From positions 1-27,428 of IMG/VR virus record IMGVR_UViG_3300037851_000121: a stretch of 27,428 bases of DNA, one strand, 5' to 3'. The notes beneath the pieces were generated by a model. It was not told the origin of the DNA and did no database searches. It saw only the letters and a program-made list of their open reading frames with translations. Below are positions 8,936 to 18,677 of the stretch, one piece after another. The position numbers and the translations under genes are program-made. Positions within the stretch are counted from its first letter, which is position 1, and every line of letters begins with the position of its first letter. Source of the DNA: a virus (taxonomy: Duplodnaviria; Caudoviricetes).

Positions 8936-9652
8936 ATGGCAATCGCAAGAGCACTCCCGTCGCGGGAGGCGGACAGCTCCAACGCTGATCTGCCTACTCG
9001 AACCGGTCCCTACCGCGAAGCTTACGTCCTGCCCCTTGGGGGCGGCGACTACACCTTCGCGGATGAAGGTTCGTTCTTCCACTGCTCCAACGCCACGCTC
9101 GCCACGGGTATCGCCGGCCATGCGGCGCCTGTGGTGGTGGACACTGACACCAAGGCGCTGCTGCATCTGTACAACAGCGGGCAAAAGAACATCATCCCCG
9201 TCTACCTGTTCCTCGAAGTGACGGCGGCAGGTTCGGCGGGGACGCTCCACTACACCACGATCTACCTGGACAATGGTGGTGTCACGGCTCGGTCTTCCGG
9301 CGGCACGGCGATCACTCCAGTCTGCACCAAGAGCAACGGCTCCTCGGATACCGGCGCTGTCGTCTACTTTGGTGCCGTCGTCACGGCGATGACGTCGAGC
9401 GTCAAGGTGGGCCAGCAGATCGTCCGCGAGGTGATCCCTGTCGTCCAGGACACCATCCTGATGAAGTTCGGCTCGCCGGACGGATCGATTCACTCGTCAC
9501 TCGCGACATCGGGGACGAATGTGAACCACTGCGTTCAGTACTTCGCGCCGCTCGTGATCGCGCCGGGTGGAAATCTGAACATCGCTCAGATCCGTCCGTC
9601 GCAGTCGGGTGCGGCGTCGTATCAGTTCAGCTTCGGCTACATCGAGCGGTAG
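8936..9652 (+). CDS. Putative virion structural protein (beta-sandwich)
   Basis: AGGAG RBS; S/T/G/V-rich; position in the head module. Confidence 0.55.
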   Translation: MAIARALPSREADSSNADLPTRTGPYREAYVLPLGGGDYTFADEGSFFHCSNATLATGIAGHAAPVVVDTDTKALLHLYNSGQKNIIPVYLFLEVTAAGSAGTLHYTTIYLDNGGVTARSSGGTAITPVCTKSNGSSDTGAVVYFGAVVTAMTSSVKVGQQIVREVIPVVQDTILMKFGSPDGSIHSSLATSGTNVNHCVQYFAPLVIAPGGNLNIAQIRPSQSGAASYQFSFGYIER

Positions 9653-9655
9653 CCG

Positions 9656-10111
9656 ATGCCGGCCACCGTGACGTTGAGCTCCACGACGCTGAGCCAGAAC
9701 GTGTCGGCGTCGTCGGGCCTTATCAATGTGGCATCCACTTCCGGGCTCACTTCGGGCATACGGCTCTTTGTCGAAGGGGAGCTCATGCGCGTGGTGAGCC
9801 TGGGAGTTGATACCTCAACGGACGTGAACGTGCTGCGCGGTCAGGATGGAACCTTGGCGGCGCCGCATGTCAAGGGCGAGACGATCTATGTTGGTCAGGG
9901 CCATCAGTTCTACACCGTCGATCCGGTAGGTGTGCCTGCCGACGTGGTACTCGTCTCGCCGTACATCAATCTGACCAATGGATCGGTCTGGTTCGCCCAG
10001 GGCGGGCCGTCTGGTGTCGCCAAACGGTGGTGGCAGAAACAATCTGTCACCTACGGGACTGGTGCGCTCGGCATTAGGACGGTGAGCTACGATCCGACGT
10101 CTTCGACCTAG
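9656..10111 (+). CDS. Virion accessory protein, paralogous to the N-terminus of 8291..8923
   Basis: STTLSQ...VASTSG...GELMRV...VLRGQDGT.AAPH aligns by eye with the 8291 product. Confidence 0.6.
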   Translation: MPATVTLSSTTLSQNVSASSGLINVASTSGLTSGIRLFVEGELMRVVSLGVDTSTDVNVLRGQDGTLAAPHVKGETIYVGQGHQFYTVDPVGVPADVVLVSPYINLTNGSVWFAQGGPSGVAKRWWQKQSVTYGTGALGIRTVSYDPTSST

Positions 10112-10122
10112 AAGGGGGCTCG

Positions 10123-10635
10123 ATGTTCCATAGCGAGACACAGAAGGAACTGGCGAAGTGGGAGCAGTTTCCCACCAAGTTTGTGGCCGAGGGGCTCCAG
10201 CCCGGGAACCCATACCACAAGCGCGAGTATCCCAAGATGCTCTACAAGGCGCATCGGACGCGCACCGGCAAGTGGGCGGTGGCCGACTCGGCGCCGGCGC
10301 AGTTCGGGTTCGTGGACATGAACGAATGGGACCGTGCCTGTCAGGCCGCTGTGGCATTCACGGCTTCCTGCCAGAAGGAAGTGAACAGCCCCGAGGAGCA
10401 GAAGGCGCTCGAGGCCGAGGGCTGGCGTGAGACGCAGGCCGGCGCCATGGAGTACGTTGAGGCGCTGGACAAGGCCATCGGCCAGGCGGCGGCCGAAGCA
10501 AACTTCCGCGATCGGAGCATGAGCGAGAAGGCGCTGGCCGAGAAGGCCGCGTTTGAGGCCGAGAACTTCGGTCATCAGCCGGAGATCCCCGAGGCGCCGA
10601 AGCGTCGAGGCCGCAAGCCGAAGGCAGCGGCGTAA
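10123..10635 (+). CDS. Hypothetical head-region protein with basic C-terminal tail
   Basis: AAGGGGG RBS; EYPKMLYK motif; ends PKRRGRKPKAAA (AT-hook-like). Confidence 0.7.
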   Translation: MFHSETQKELAKWEQFPTKFVAEGLQPGNPYHKREYPKMLYKAHRTRTGKWAVADSAPAQFGFVDMNEWDRACQAAVAFTASCQKEVNSPEEQKALEAEGWRETQAGAMEYVEALDKAIGQAAAEANFRDRSMSEKALAEKAAFEAENFGHQPEIPEAPKRRGRKPKAAA

Positions 10636-10644
10636 GAGTCGCAT

Positions 10645-11364
10645 GTGGCTGAGGTCAGGGATCTCGTCACCGATGCGCTGAGGGAGCTTGGCGTCATCGC
10701 GGAAGGCGAAACACCCTCCGCGCAAGAGATCATTGACGGCCTGACCCAACTCAACGACCTTGTAGACCAGTGGGCCGCTGAGCGGCTCAAGATCCACAGG
10801 ACCACGCGGACGACGTGGACTATTGTCTCTGGCACCCAAACCTATACGGTCGGGACTACGGGGACGGTTGCCGTGGCGAGGCCTGTCTACATCGACGGGG
10901 TGCAGTACCTCGACACGACGATCAGCCCGAACAACGAGATTCCGCTCGAGATGATGACGGACGACGAGTACCGGCAGCTCGCGGTCAAGGCGCAGGAGTC
11001 TACCGAGCCGACGCACTGGTACTACAATCCCACATTTCCGACCGGGACGCTGACGCTCTGGCCGAAGCCAACGGGATCGACGCTTACAGGCGTACTCTAC
11101 GCTCCGCAGGCGGTCGCCGAGTTCTCGGGGATCGACGACACGGTGAGTCTGCCTCCGGGCTACCGGAAGATGATCAAGAAACGGCTCGCGCTCGAGCTGG
11201 CGTCAAGCTACAACCGGCCGATCAGTGGGGATCTGCGCGAGCAGGCGATGCAGGCAGAGGCCATCGTACGGAGGGCGAATCTCCGTATGAACGAGATGAC
11301 GTTCGAGGCCGGAGCCCTTGGACACGCTGGAGGGGGTAGCTTCGACATCCAGGTGGGCGAATGA
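10645..11364 (+). CDS. Head-tail adaptor, P22 gp4-like
   Basis: DLVTDALRELGVIAEGETPSA...DGL..LNDLVDQW and LPPGY..MI...LALELASSY motifs. Confidence 0.88.
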   Translation: MAEVRDLVTDALRELGVIAEGETPSAQEIIDGLTQLNDLVDQWAAERLKIHRTTRTTWTIVSGTQTYTVGTTGTVAVARPVYIDGVQYLDTTISPNNEIPLEMMTDDEYRQLAVKAQESTEPTHWYYNPTFPTGTLTLWPKPTGSTLTGVLYAPQAVAEFSGIDDTVSLPPGYRKMIKKRLALELASSYNRPISGDLREQAMQAEAIVRRANLRMNEMTFEAGALGHAGGGSFDIQVGE

Positions 11365-13232
11365 AGTTCGACGCCTTCTTCGGTGGAAGCTACGAGAGTC
11401 AGGCGATCACCGCCGATTGCGAGCGGACGATCAACTGGTATCCCGAAGTACTGCAGTCTCAGGGCGCGACTGCGCGGAGGGTTCTGTATCCGACCCCGGG
11501 CGTCGAGGTTATTCCTCTTGTTGGTGCCCCAGGGTTTCCCACGCTCACGGTTCAGGCGTCTCCGGGGCGAGCACACTACTCCGTCAACGGTAGAGAATTC
11601 GCCGTCATCGGAGACATGTTCTATGAGTTCAGTCGGAGCGGTATTCTTTCGGCATCCCAGATATCGGGGGATCCGGTGGATGGGTTGCCGGCAACGATCT
11701 CCTATAACGGAGATGGGGGAGCGCAACTATTCGTTACGGCTGGCGGTAATGGGTACTCTGTCGATATCAGCACGACACCATCGACGGCGATAGCCCCAAT
11801 CGCGGCACTCGCTGGCAAGGCACACTTTGGCGCTCATCTCGACGGCTACTTCCTCACGCTGGATACGTCCACGTCCACGCTCTACGTCTCGGATCTCTAT
11901 GATGGAACTACTTGGGACACCGGAGGAACCTTCGCGCAGCGGTCCCTAGGCTCGGATCGCTGGCGCTCGATGGCCGTCAATGGACGCACGGTCTGGCTCT
12001 TTGGTGAGTACACATCAGAGCCGTGGCACAACACGGGGGAACGGTTCCCGTTCGCTCCGGCGCCGGCTGGGGTGATTGAGTTCGGCATCTCCTCGCCGTG
12101 GTCTGCCAAGGTGCTCGGCAATACGATCTTCTGGCAGGGGAACTCTCGAAACGGCCGCATCTGCGTACTGCGCGCATCGGGCTATGCGCCCGAAGTCGTC
12201 TCGACGTACCCGCTCGAGAAGGCGATGCAGGGATATCAGAGCATCACGACGGCCGTGGCCGATGCCTACACCGATGCGGGGCATTCGTTCTACCTGCTCA
12301 ACTTCGACCTCGACGGGGTGACGTGGGCGCTAGACGCCGAAACGGGCCTATGGCACGAGCGGGGGACATGGAACCCGGCGTCGAATGCCTACTCGGCATG
12401 GCGGCCTCGCTTCTATGCCTATGCCTTTGGCGAGCATCGGATGCTGGACACGTCCAACGGCAACGTCTATCGGATGTCCTCGGATCTGAATCGAGACGTG
12501 GATGGACGGCTCATCCGGCGCCTGAGGCGAGCCCCGGCGATCAACGAGGAGAACGCCCGCGTCTTCTACTCGGCGCTGGAGCTTGATATCGAGCCCGGAC
12601 TCGGGTTGCAGGCGGGACACGTCGGGTTCCAGGCGATCCCGGTCATTACCACCGTGAGCGGCGAGGTGACTCTAGACGGCGATCCTGTGCCTGATGTAGA
12701 GGTCATCGTCGAGGTGGACGGTGTGGACGTAGGGACGACCACGACAGATGAAGACGGCGAGTACGAGCTCGAGGGGGTACCGGATGGCGAGGTGACGGCT
12801 CACGCCTTTATCGAGATTGACGATGTTTTCTACTGTGCTGAAGATACCGGAACAGCAACGGGCACTGGCGTCTTCACTAGTCCCGGGACGCTAGTTCTGA
12901 ATCTCACCCTTTCGGTTTGTGGGCTGTCGGCATCGTTCACGGCCGTTTCTACTGGCGCGTTTGGCCCCGATAGTGGAACGCTGACGCTTACGCCGACCGT
13001 GACCAACGGCTCGGGAGATTACTCCTACCTTTGGACTGCGTGGACCGAGCATGGAGGCACAGAGAATGCGCCGGACTTCACCAGTACCGATGAAATCGGG
13101 ATATGGGAATGGCTATACGATATAGCAGAAGACGGGATCTGTACCGGTGAGGCCAAACTGATCGTCACGGACAATGCGACGGGCGCATCTGTCATCTCGG
13201 GTCCTGACCCATGGACCTGGCAGTGCGTGTGA
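11361..13232 (+). CDS. Tail nozzle/hub, P22 gp10-like, N-terminal part, ending in two Ig-like domains
   Basis: [42 protein letters not shown]...[23 protein letters not shown]; then [28 protein letters not shown] (carboxypeptidase-regulatory-like) and a second Ig/PKD-like domain. Confidence 0.88.
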   Translation: MKFDAFFGGSYESQAITADCERTINWYPEVLQSQGATARRVLYPTPGVEVIPLVGAPGFPTLTVQASPGRAHYSVNGREFAVIGDMFYEFSRSGILSASQISGDPVDGLPATISYNGDGGAQLFVTAGGNGYSVDISTTPSTAIAPIAALAGKAHFGAHLDGYFLTLDTSTSTLYVSDLYDGTTWDTGGTFAQRSLGSDRWRSMAVNGRTVWLFGEYTSEPWHNTGERFPFAPAPAGVIEFGISSPWSAKVLGNTIFWQGNSRNGRICVLRASGYAPEVVSTYPLEKAMQGYQSITTAVADAYTDAGHSFYLLNFDLDGVTWALDAETGLWHERGTWNPASNAYSAWRPRFYAYAFGEHRMLDTSNGNVYRMSSDLNRDVDGRLIRRLRRAPAINEENARVFYSALELDIEPGLGLQAGHVGFQAIPVITTVSGEVTLDGDPVPDVEVIVEVDGVDVGTTTTDEDGEYELEGVPDGEVTAHAFIEIDDVFYCAEDTGTATGTGVFTSPGTLVLNLTLSVCGLSASFTAVSTGAFGPDSGTLTLTPTVTNGSGDYSYLWTAWTEHGGTENAPDFTSTDEIGIWEWLYDIAEDGICTGEAKLIVTDNATGASVISGPDPWTWQCV

Positions 13233-13726
13233 TGCCCGCTTATGGTGTGGCGCCGCTCACGGTGAACTTTTACGACACGTCTAGCGATGCCGACTCATGG
13301 GCGTGGACGTTTGGGGACGGCGCGACTTCGACCAGTCAGAACCCGTCGCATACCTACACCGCGGATGGGACATATTCAGTGAGTCTGACGGTGACAGGCC
13401 CGTTAGGTTCGCTGACGTTCACCGATCTGGTCTATGTTGGTGCGGCATACATCGGCCCCGACTATGAAAGTTGGGTTCAGCCCGATCCGGCATACATCGG
13501 CTGGCCGGGAACCGATCCGCAGGTGATGCTTCGGATCAGCAATGACGGCGGACGGACCTGGGTCGCTGAAATCTGGCGCTCGGCCGGGAAGACGGGGGAG
13601 TACTCGCGGCGCATTCGCTGGAATCGAACGGGCATGGGGCGGCGCCGCGTGTTCGAGGTGAGCGTAACCGATCCGATTCCATGGCGGATCACGGGGGCCT
13701 ACCTTCAGGCAGAGAAGGGCACCTAA
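13232..13726 (+). CDS. PKD domain fused to the C-terminal part of the gp10-like nozzle
   Basis: TGATG overlap; [27 protein letters not shown]...[10 protein letters not shown] (PKD); [25 protein letters not shown]...[12 protein letters not shown] (gp10 C-terminus). Confidence 0.88.
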   Translation: MPAYGVAPLTVNFYDTSSDADSWAWTFGDGATSTSQNPSHTYTADGTYSVSLTVTGPLGSLTFTDLVYVGAAYIGPDYESWVQPDPAYIGWPGTDPQVMLRISNDGGRTWVAEIWRSAGKTGEYSRRIRWNRTGMGRRRVFEVSVTDPIPWRITGAYLQAEKGT

Positions 13727-14220
13727 TGGCGCTGCCCAAGTTCCTCGACCATGGCAAGCCGTATCCGGGCCATGACGTTATCGCCGGCCCAGGCGGAATG
13801 CTGTCGCCCTCGTGGGCGTCGTGGTTTGCTCGCCTGACAGATACTCTAGCGAGTATCCCGAACATCATGAATGTGACCTCGCTCGAGGAGCAGGATGCAA
13901 GCATCACCGCGACCGACCTCAGCGGGTTTCAGCATCTTCCTGCTGGTTTGTATCGCGTGACGTATGCGGCGCGGATCACGACAGCAGCCGTCACGTCGAG
14001 TTCGCTCACGGTGACGATTGCCTGGACAGATGGCGCGGTGGCGCAGAGCCAGGCGGGGGCCGCAATGACGGGGAATACGACGACGACGAGGCAGACTGCG
14101 AGCTACCTAGTGCGAATCGACGCCGACTCGGACCTGACCTATGCGACGACCTACGCGAGCAACGGGGCTGGGGAAATGAAGTACAGCCTCGATATCGCGT
14201 GTGAGAGAATCGCGGCATGA
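13726..14220 (+). CDS. Tail protein at the needle (gp26) position
   Basis: TAATG overlap; G.LSPSW.SWF..L N-terminal motif seen in genes following gp10; Thr-rich beta C-terminus. Confidence 0.6.
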   Translation: MALPKFLDHGKPYPGHDVIAGPGGMLSPSWASWFARLTDTLASIPNIMNVTSLEEQDASITATDLSGFQHLPAGLYRVTYAARITTAAVTSSSLTVTIAWTDGAVAQSQAGAAMTGNTTTTRQTASYLVRIDADSDLTYATTYASNGAGEMKYSLDIACERIAA

Positions 14221-14654
14221 GCGCAATCCGGGCAGCCATGCCAGACGATATCGGACGCATCATCGAAATGGGTCAGCGTTTTGTTCGCGAGACAACCTAT
14301 GGAGAATTTATTGAGTTGAGCATGGAGCGGCTCAGCATGACGGTGGTTGGTGTGGCTTCAAACCCGAAGGGCGTCATCCTCCTCTCAGAAGATGGCCCAG
14401 ACGTTACGGGTATGATCGCCTTGGTGGTTCAAGAGCATCCATACTCTGGCATACCGATGGCGTTTGAGCTTGTTTGGTGGGTTGATCCAGAGCGGCGCGG
14501 CATCGGGCGTGAGTTGCTTTCGGCTGCTGAGGGATGGGCGCGCGAGCAGGGCGCTCGCGCGATTCAGATGGTTGCGCCGAATCCGAGGGTGGGCGCTCTT
14601 TATGAACGGCTGGGGTATCGGGCCGTCGAAACCTCGTATCAGAGGAGTCTGTAG
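14217..14654 (+). CDS. GNAT-family acetyltransferase-like virion assembly protein
   Basis: IRAAMPDD, WWVDPERRGIGRELL..AEGWAREQGA, LYERLGY motifs; P22 gp14-like position. Confidence 0.85.
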   Translation: MSAIRAAMPDDIGRIIEMGQRFVRETTYGEFIELSMERLSMTVVGVASNPKGVILLSEDGPDVTGMIALVVQEHPYSGIPMAFELVWWVDPERRGIGRELLSAAEGWAREQGARAIQMVAPNPRVGALYERLGYRAVETSYQRSL

Positions 14655-14656
14655 CT

Positions 14657-15103
14657 ATGGCAATCGGAACCACGGCTGCATTGTTGATCGGCTCTGGCCT
14701 TGCTGCTGGAGCACAAGCATATGGGGCTCACAAGCAGGCATCGGCGGCGAAAGATGCGACTAGGGCCCAGACGGCCGCAAATGATGCCGCCTTGGCTTAT
14801 GCCAGAGAGCAGGAGGCCCGCAACCGCGCCGATTACGAGCGCGCGCTGGCCCAATGGAACGCCGGCCGTGCGAGCCTTTTGGAGAGATATGGCGTGAGCG
14901 TGCCTGCACTTACGGCGCCGCAGGCAACCTCCGGCGCCGGGTTCCGGGCAACGGCGCCGCTGTCTCCCGGCGCCCTCGTCTCGGCCGGGACGGCGCAGAT
15001 CCCCAACCAAACGCTCGCCGGGATCATGGCCGAGCGCGAGGCGGCGATGACGAGGCCGGGCCGCTGGAACGACTGGGAATCCTATGGGCTCCAGCAGGCC
15101 TAA
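14657..15103 (+). CDS. Ejection (DNA transfer) protein, gp7-like N-terminal part
   Basis: Hydrophobic G/A-rich N-terminus followed by KQASAAKDA..AQ..A...A...AREQ helix. Confidence 0.7.
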   Translation: MAIGTTAALLIGSGLAAGAQAYGAHKQASAAKDATRAQTAANDAALAYAREQEARNRADYERALAQWNAGRASLLERYGVSVPALTAPQATSGAGFRATAPLSPGALVSAGTAQIPNQTLAGIMAEREAAMTRPGRWNDWESYGLQQA

Positions 15104-15320
15104 CGGCTGTGCTTACGTGCGGGACCGGGGCTGTCTCCGCTGCTGTATGTGCGGCGCCGAGAACGGGACCGCAGTCTGTGACGTCTGTGGGCACCAGTTC
15201 TGCAAAGACTGTCGAAGGGCCGGCATCCGAAGAATCAGGGAGGCCATCAAGGAACGGCTGGGGCGGTCGGAGTTGCATTGTGCCGCGATGATGCGGCGAT
15301 ACGCCTCGGGAGGGTACTAG
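15084..15320 (+). CDS. Small Cys-rich zinc-finger-like protein (start uncertain; GTG at 15117 possible)
   Basis: CLRCCMC...CDVC...FCKDC; fills the intergenic gap and its 3' end carries the GGAGG RBS of the next gene. Confidence 0.5.
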   Translation: MGSSRPNGCAYVRDRGCLRCCMCGAENGTAVCDVCGHQFCKDCRRAGIRRIREAIKERLGRSELHCAAMMRRYASGGY

Positions 15321-15321
15321 G

Positions 15322-16197
15322 ATGGCGAGCCCGGCGGCTCAGGCCTACTTCAACCAGTTCAGTCCAGCCGAGCAGGCGCGGATCACCGCCTCATGGGGCG
15401 GCGCCGACCTCATGGACGAGTGGTTTCAGAACGCCGTCGCGGCTGGAGCCGTAGGGCAGTCTGGTGCCCCAGCAACAGCGGCACAGGCACAGCAGTACGC
15501 GCAGAATACGGGGACTGCTGAGGACTATCAGCGGTTCCAAGATCCCGACTTCCAGCGGTGGGCCGAGTGGTTCGACCCCGCTTCGGGCCGCTATCGTAGC
15601 TCGCGCGGCGCCCCGGGCCTTTACGACAAGCCGACCGAATGCCCGCCCGGGATGGTTCCGAGCGGTCCCAACGAAACCGACCCCTGCATTGCTGGTGATG
15701 GGGCCGGTGGTGGTGGCGGCGGATATGGCGGCGGTGGAGCCTACGGCGCCGGGAGCAGCTACAGCGGCCCGACGACCGGCTTTGGCGGCGCCCCGGCCTT
15801 TCATTACACTCCGTTCAAGGCCCCCCTCCCCGGGGACGTCTGGACTGATCCTTCGTACCTTTGGCGGCTGAAGGAAGGCCAGAATGCGCTCGAGCGATCC
15901 GCCTCGGCGCGTGGCACGCTCCGCACGAGCGGGACGCTGAAGGACATCATCGATTACGGCCAGCAGGCCGCGAGCCAGGAATACGGCAACATGTTCGACC
16001 GCGCGCTCCAGACATGGGGGGCGCAGTACCAGGGCGAAAAGGATGCGTTTGCGCCGTCGTATGGCTCCTGGCAGACGGTCTACGGGACCGACTTCGACCG
16101 CTGGAAGACGCAGTTCGGCGGTGATTTGGCAAAGTACCTGCAGCGGGAGAACAACATCTATGGGCTGCTGAGTACCCCGCCGCCCTACTACGGGTAA
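15322..16197 (+). CDS. Ejection (DNA transfer) protein, gp7-like C-terminal part
   Basis: DPSYLWRLKEGQNALERSASARG.L.TSGTLK.I.DYGQQAASQEYGN motif; Gly-rich linker. Confidence 0.75.
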   Translation: MASPAAQAYFNQFSPAEQARITASWGGADLMDEWFQNAVAAGAVGQSGAPATAAQAQQYAQNTGTAEDYQRFQDPDFQRWAEWFDPASGRYRSSRGAPGLYDKPTECPPGMVPSGPNETDPCIAGDGAGGGGGGYGGGGAYGAGSSYSGPTTGFGGAPAFHYTPFKAPLPGDVWTDPSYLWRLKEGQNALERSASARGTLRTSGTLKDIIDYGQQAASQEYGNMFDRALQTWGAQYQGEKDAFAPSYGSWQTVYGTDFDRWKTQFGGDLAKYLQRENNIYGLLSTPPPYYG

Positions 16198-16201
16198 GCC
16201 A

Positions 16202-17452
16202 ATGCCTCAGATGCCGGCGTATCGGAGCCGTTACGGGGACACGATAGCGGACCTATTGCAGGGGCAGGGCGACATCGCGGCGCAGGGCGCGGTGATGTCC
16301 GCGAACGCCTGGGCTCCGGCAATCCAGAACATCGGCGCCATCGCTGGGCAGGCGGTACAGGACTACTCCGCGCAGAAGCAGCAACAGAAGCAGCAGGAGA
16401 TGGAGACGAGGCGCGGGCAACTGTTCAACGAGATCATCGGCGGGTGGGACGGCAAGGACCGGAAGGCGCTGTTCATGGGCTTGGCTCAGGTGGGCGGGCC
16501 GGAGTGGGCGGCGAAGGTGGCTCCAGGTGTGGCTGCGATGTTCGAGGAACAGCAGCAGCCGGAGAAGCCGACCGATCCCAAGAACTTCGCCATGATGGTC
16601 CATGGGATGCGCGGCGTGCTCGAGAAGGCCGGGCCGCAGTACGTAGAGCAAAACTGGGCGGGGTTGCGGTCTGCGTTCGGGAAGGGCGCGAAGGAACTGC
16701 TCGGCTGGAAGATGCCAGAGCAGTACACTCCCGAGCTCGGGCAGCAGGTGGTGCAGAGCATCCAGCAGCTTGACGATGCGTGGAATGCGCCGAAGGCTGA
16801 CACCCCAAAATCGATAGCGGCGGGAAGCTTTGAAGATTACGTGATGAAGAAGCACCCGCAAGGGGCCACGCCTGAACAGATCGTTGCGGCGCGCAAGGAA
16901 TATCAGCAGGCCGATGATCGCCTGCCTGCCTCGCCACAGCTAAGCCCCACGGCCGAATCCAACATCATCAATCGCCTGTCGAATCAATGGACAACGGCAT
17001 CCAAGGCAACCGGTGAACTTGGACGTCAGGTTAAGTTGATGGAGGCCGGCCTAGAAGCTGCGAAACGTGGAGACATGGCCGCCGGCTCGCAGGCCGTTTT
17101 GGTTACCTTTCAGAAGATCCTTGACCCGACCTCAGTGGTCCGGGAATCTGAGTATGCTCGTAGCGCAGCCGGACAGGCGCTATTGGCGCAAATTAAAGGT
17201 GCCTATGAACGCCTGCAAAAGGGTGGCGCAGGGGTACCTGTTGCAGAACTCGAAAAATTCGCCCGCCTAGCCCGAGAGATGACGCGCGGGCAGATGGGGC
17301 ACATGCAAGCAGTTAAGGAGCGGATCGGAAAGACCGCTGATCGTTACAAGATCCCTCGAGAGCTAGTGCTTGAGGACTATGATTTTGGGGCGGCGCTTCA
17401 GGGCAATGTTTCAACTCCCGTCAAGATCAAGTCGGTGACGGAGATCAAATAA
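16202..17452 (+). CDS. Ejection protein (gp20 position)
   Basis: Gln/Ala-rich helical protein; F.KILDPTSVVRESEY motif; synteny. Confidence 0.65.
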   Translation: MPQMPAYRSRYGDTIADLLQGQGDIAAQGAVMSANAWAPAIQNIGAIAGQAVQDYSAQKQQQKQQEMETRRGQLFNEIIGGWDGKDRKALFMGLAQVGGPEWAAKVAPGVAAMFEEQQQPEKPTDPKNFAMMVHGMRGVLEKAGPQYVEQNWAGLRSAFGKGAKELLGWKMPEQYTPELGQQVVQSIQQLDDAWNAPKADTPKSIAAGSFEDYVMKKHPQGATPEQIVAARKEYQQADDRLPASPQLSPTAESNIINRLSNQWTTASKATGELGRQVKLMEAGLEAAKRGDMAAGSQAVLVTFQKILDPTSVVRESEYARSAAGQALLAQIKGAYERLQKGGAGVPVAELEKFARLAREMTRGQMGHMQAVKERIGKTADRYKIPRELVLEDYDFGAALQGNVSTPVKIKSVTEIK

Positions 17453-17453
17453 G

Positions 17454-18677
17454 ATGCCCAAGTATCGCATCGAACTCGAAGACGGGCGAGAATTCGACGT
17501 CGAGGCAGATGCGCCACCGACCGAGGCGGACTTGTTGACCTTTCTGTCTCAGCAATCCTCCCCGCAAGGACTTCATGCTGCTGCTGCCGGAGCCGAAACC
17601 ATCGGCGGGGCCCCTTGGTATGCGAAGCCAGTACTCGGCGGGCCATCTGTCTTGCAGGCATTGAATACCCTGCCTGCTGTTGGGGGCATGCTCGGTGGTG
17701 CCGTGGCATCCCCTGGGATTGTTACTGCGGCCGGAGGAGCGGCGCTAGGGGGAGCTGGTGGCGAAGCACTACGACAACTAGGGCGGCGCGCGTTGGGGGC
17801 TTCCGCTCCAGAGACGCCAGCTCGGGCCGCACAAGACATTGCGGGTGAGGCTGCAATACAGGGTGGGGCGCAACTCGTAGGTCGAGTGGCTGGCAAGGCG
17901 CTCACGTCTGGTGCTGGGGCCCTCATGCAGTCGGCGGTCAAGCCGACCTTGAAGATGGCGCCCAATACTCCGAAAATCGTCAAGGTGCTTCTCGATGAAG
18001 GTATTAATGTCTCGCCTCGTGGGCTAGAAAAGCTAAATCGTTTGCTAGACGCAAAAAACGAGGAGATTGCGGCGGCTATCAAAGGCTCGCACGGACTCAT
18101 TTCCAAAGCTTCCGTCGCGCAACGGACAGCACCTCTCGCCAAGCGATTGTCTGAGCAGGTCAATCCGACTAAGGATCTGGCGGCCGTGGAGGCCGGAACT
18201 CAAGAATTTCTAGAGGGCGCAACACATCTAACCGTGCCGCAGGCCCAGGCGATAAAGACGGGCACCTATCAGCAAATTAGAAAGAACTACGGGCAACTAT
18301 CTTCGGCGGCGGTTGAGACGCAGAAGGCGCTCGCTCGTGGGCTCAAGGAGGAAATCGCCAAGGAAGTGCCGAGCATCGCCGGACTCAATGCCCAGGAGTC
18401 GAGCCTCATCTTGGCCAAGGAAGCCCTTGGGCGACGCGTGGCGATGTCCGGCAATCGTGATCCGGTAGGTTTCGCTTGGGTGACGAACCATCCGACGACG
18501 TTTCTTGCGGCCCTAATCGACCGTTCTCCGGCGGTGAAATCGATGCTGGCGCGAGGGATGTACAGTTCGGCAGGGGCAGCGGCTAAGGTTTCTCCGCAGT
18601 TGATCCGGGCGGCTGTGATTGCTCTTTCAACCAGCGAAGATGCATCGCCCGAGACTGCTTCCGCGCCTGCGCCATAG
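17454..18677 (+). CDS. Ejection protein (gp16 position)
   Basis: MPKYRIELEDGREFDVEA..P N-terminus, glycine-zipper hydrophobic segment (GGMLGGAV..GGAALGGAGGEAL); synteny. Confidence 0.65.
   Translation: MPKYRIELEDGREFDVEADAPPTEADLLTFLSQQSSPQGLHAAAAGAETIGGAPWYAKPVLGGPSVLQALNTLPAVGGMLGGAVASPGIVTAAGGAALGGAGGEALRQLGRRALGASAPETPARAAQDIAGEAAIQGGAQLVGRVAGKALTSGAGALMQSAVKPTLKMAPNTPKIVKVLLDEGINVSPRGLEKLNRLLDAKNEEIAAAIKGSHGLISKASVAQRTAPLAKRLSEQVNPTKDLAAVEAGTQEFLEGATHLTVPQAQAIKTGTYQQIRKNYGQLSSAAVETQKALARGLKEEIAKEVPSIAGLNAQESSLILAKEALGRRVAMSGNRDPVGFAWVTNHPTTFLAALIDRSPAVKSMLARGMYSSAGAAAKVSPQLIRAAVIALSTSEDASPETASAPAP

Noticed and set aside
486-11016. Many long minus-strand ORFs (e.g. 5204..6244, 8252..9493, 10108..11016)
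   Set aside because: Antisense shadows of high-GC3 genes; no motifs, and they overlap well-supported plus-strand genes
12642-13232. Intein, self-splicing intron or IS element as the gp10 insert
   Set aside because: No intein terminal motifs, no transposase, no terminal inverted repeats; the insert codes Ig-like domains end to end
13208-13234. Classical programmed -1 frameshift joining the two gp10 ORFs
   Set aside because: The -1 frame is open only from 13208 and there is no X XXY YYZ heptamer; TGATG favours reinitiation
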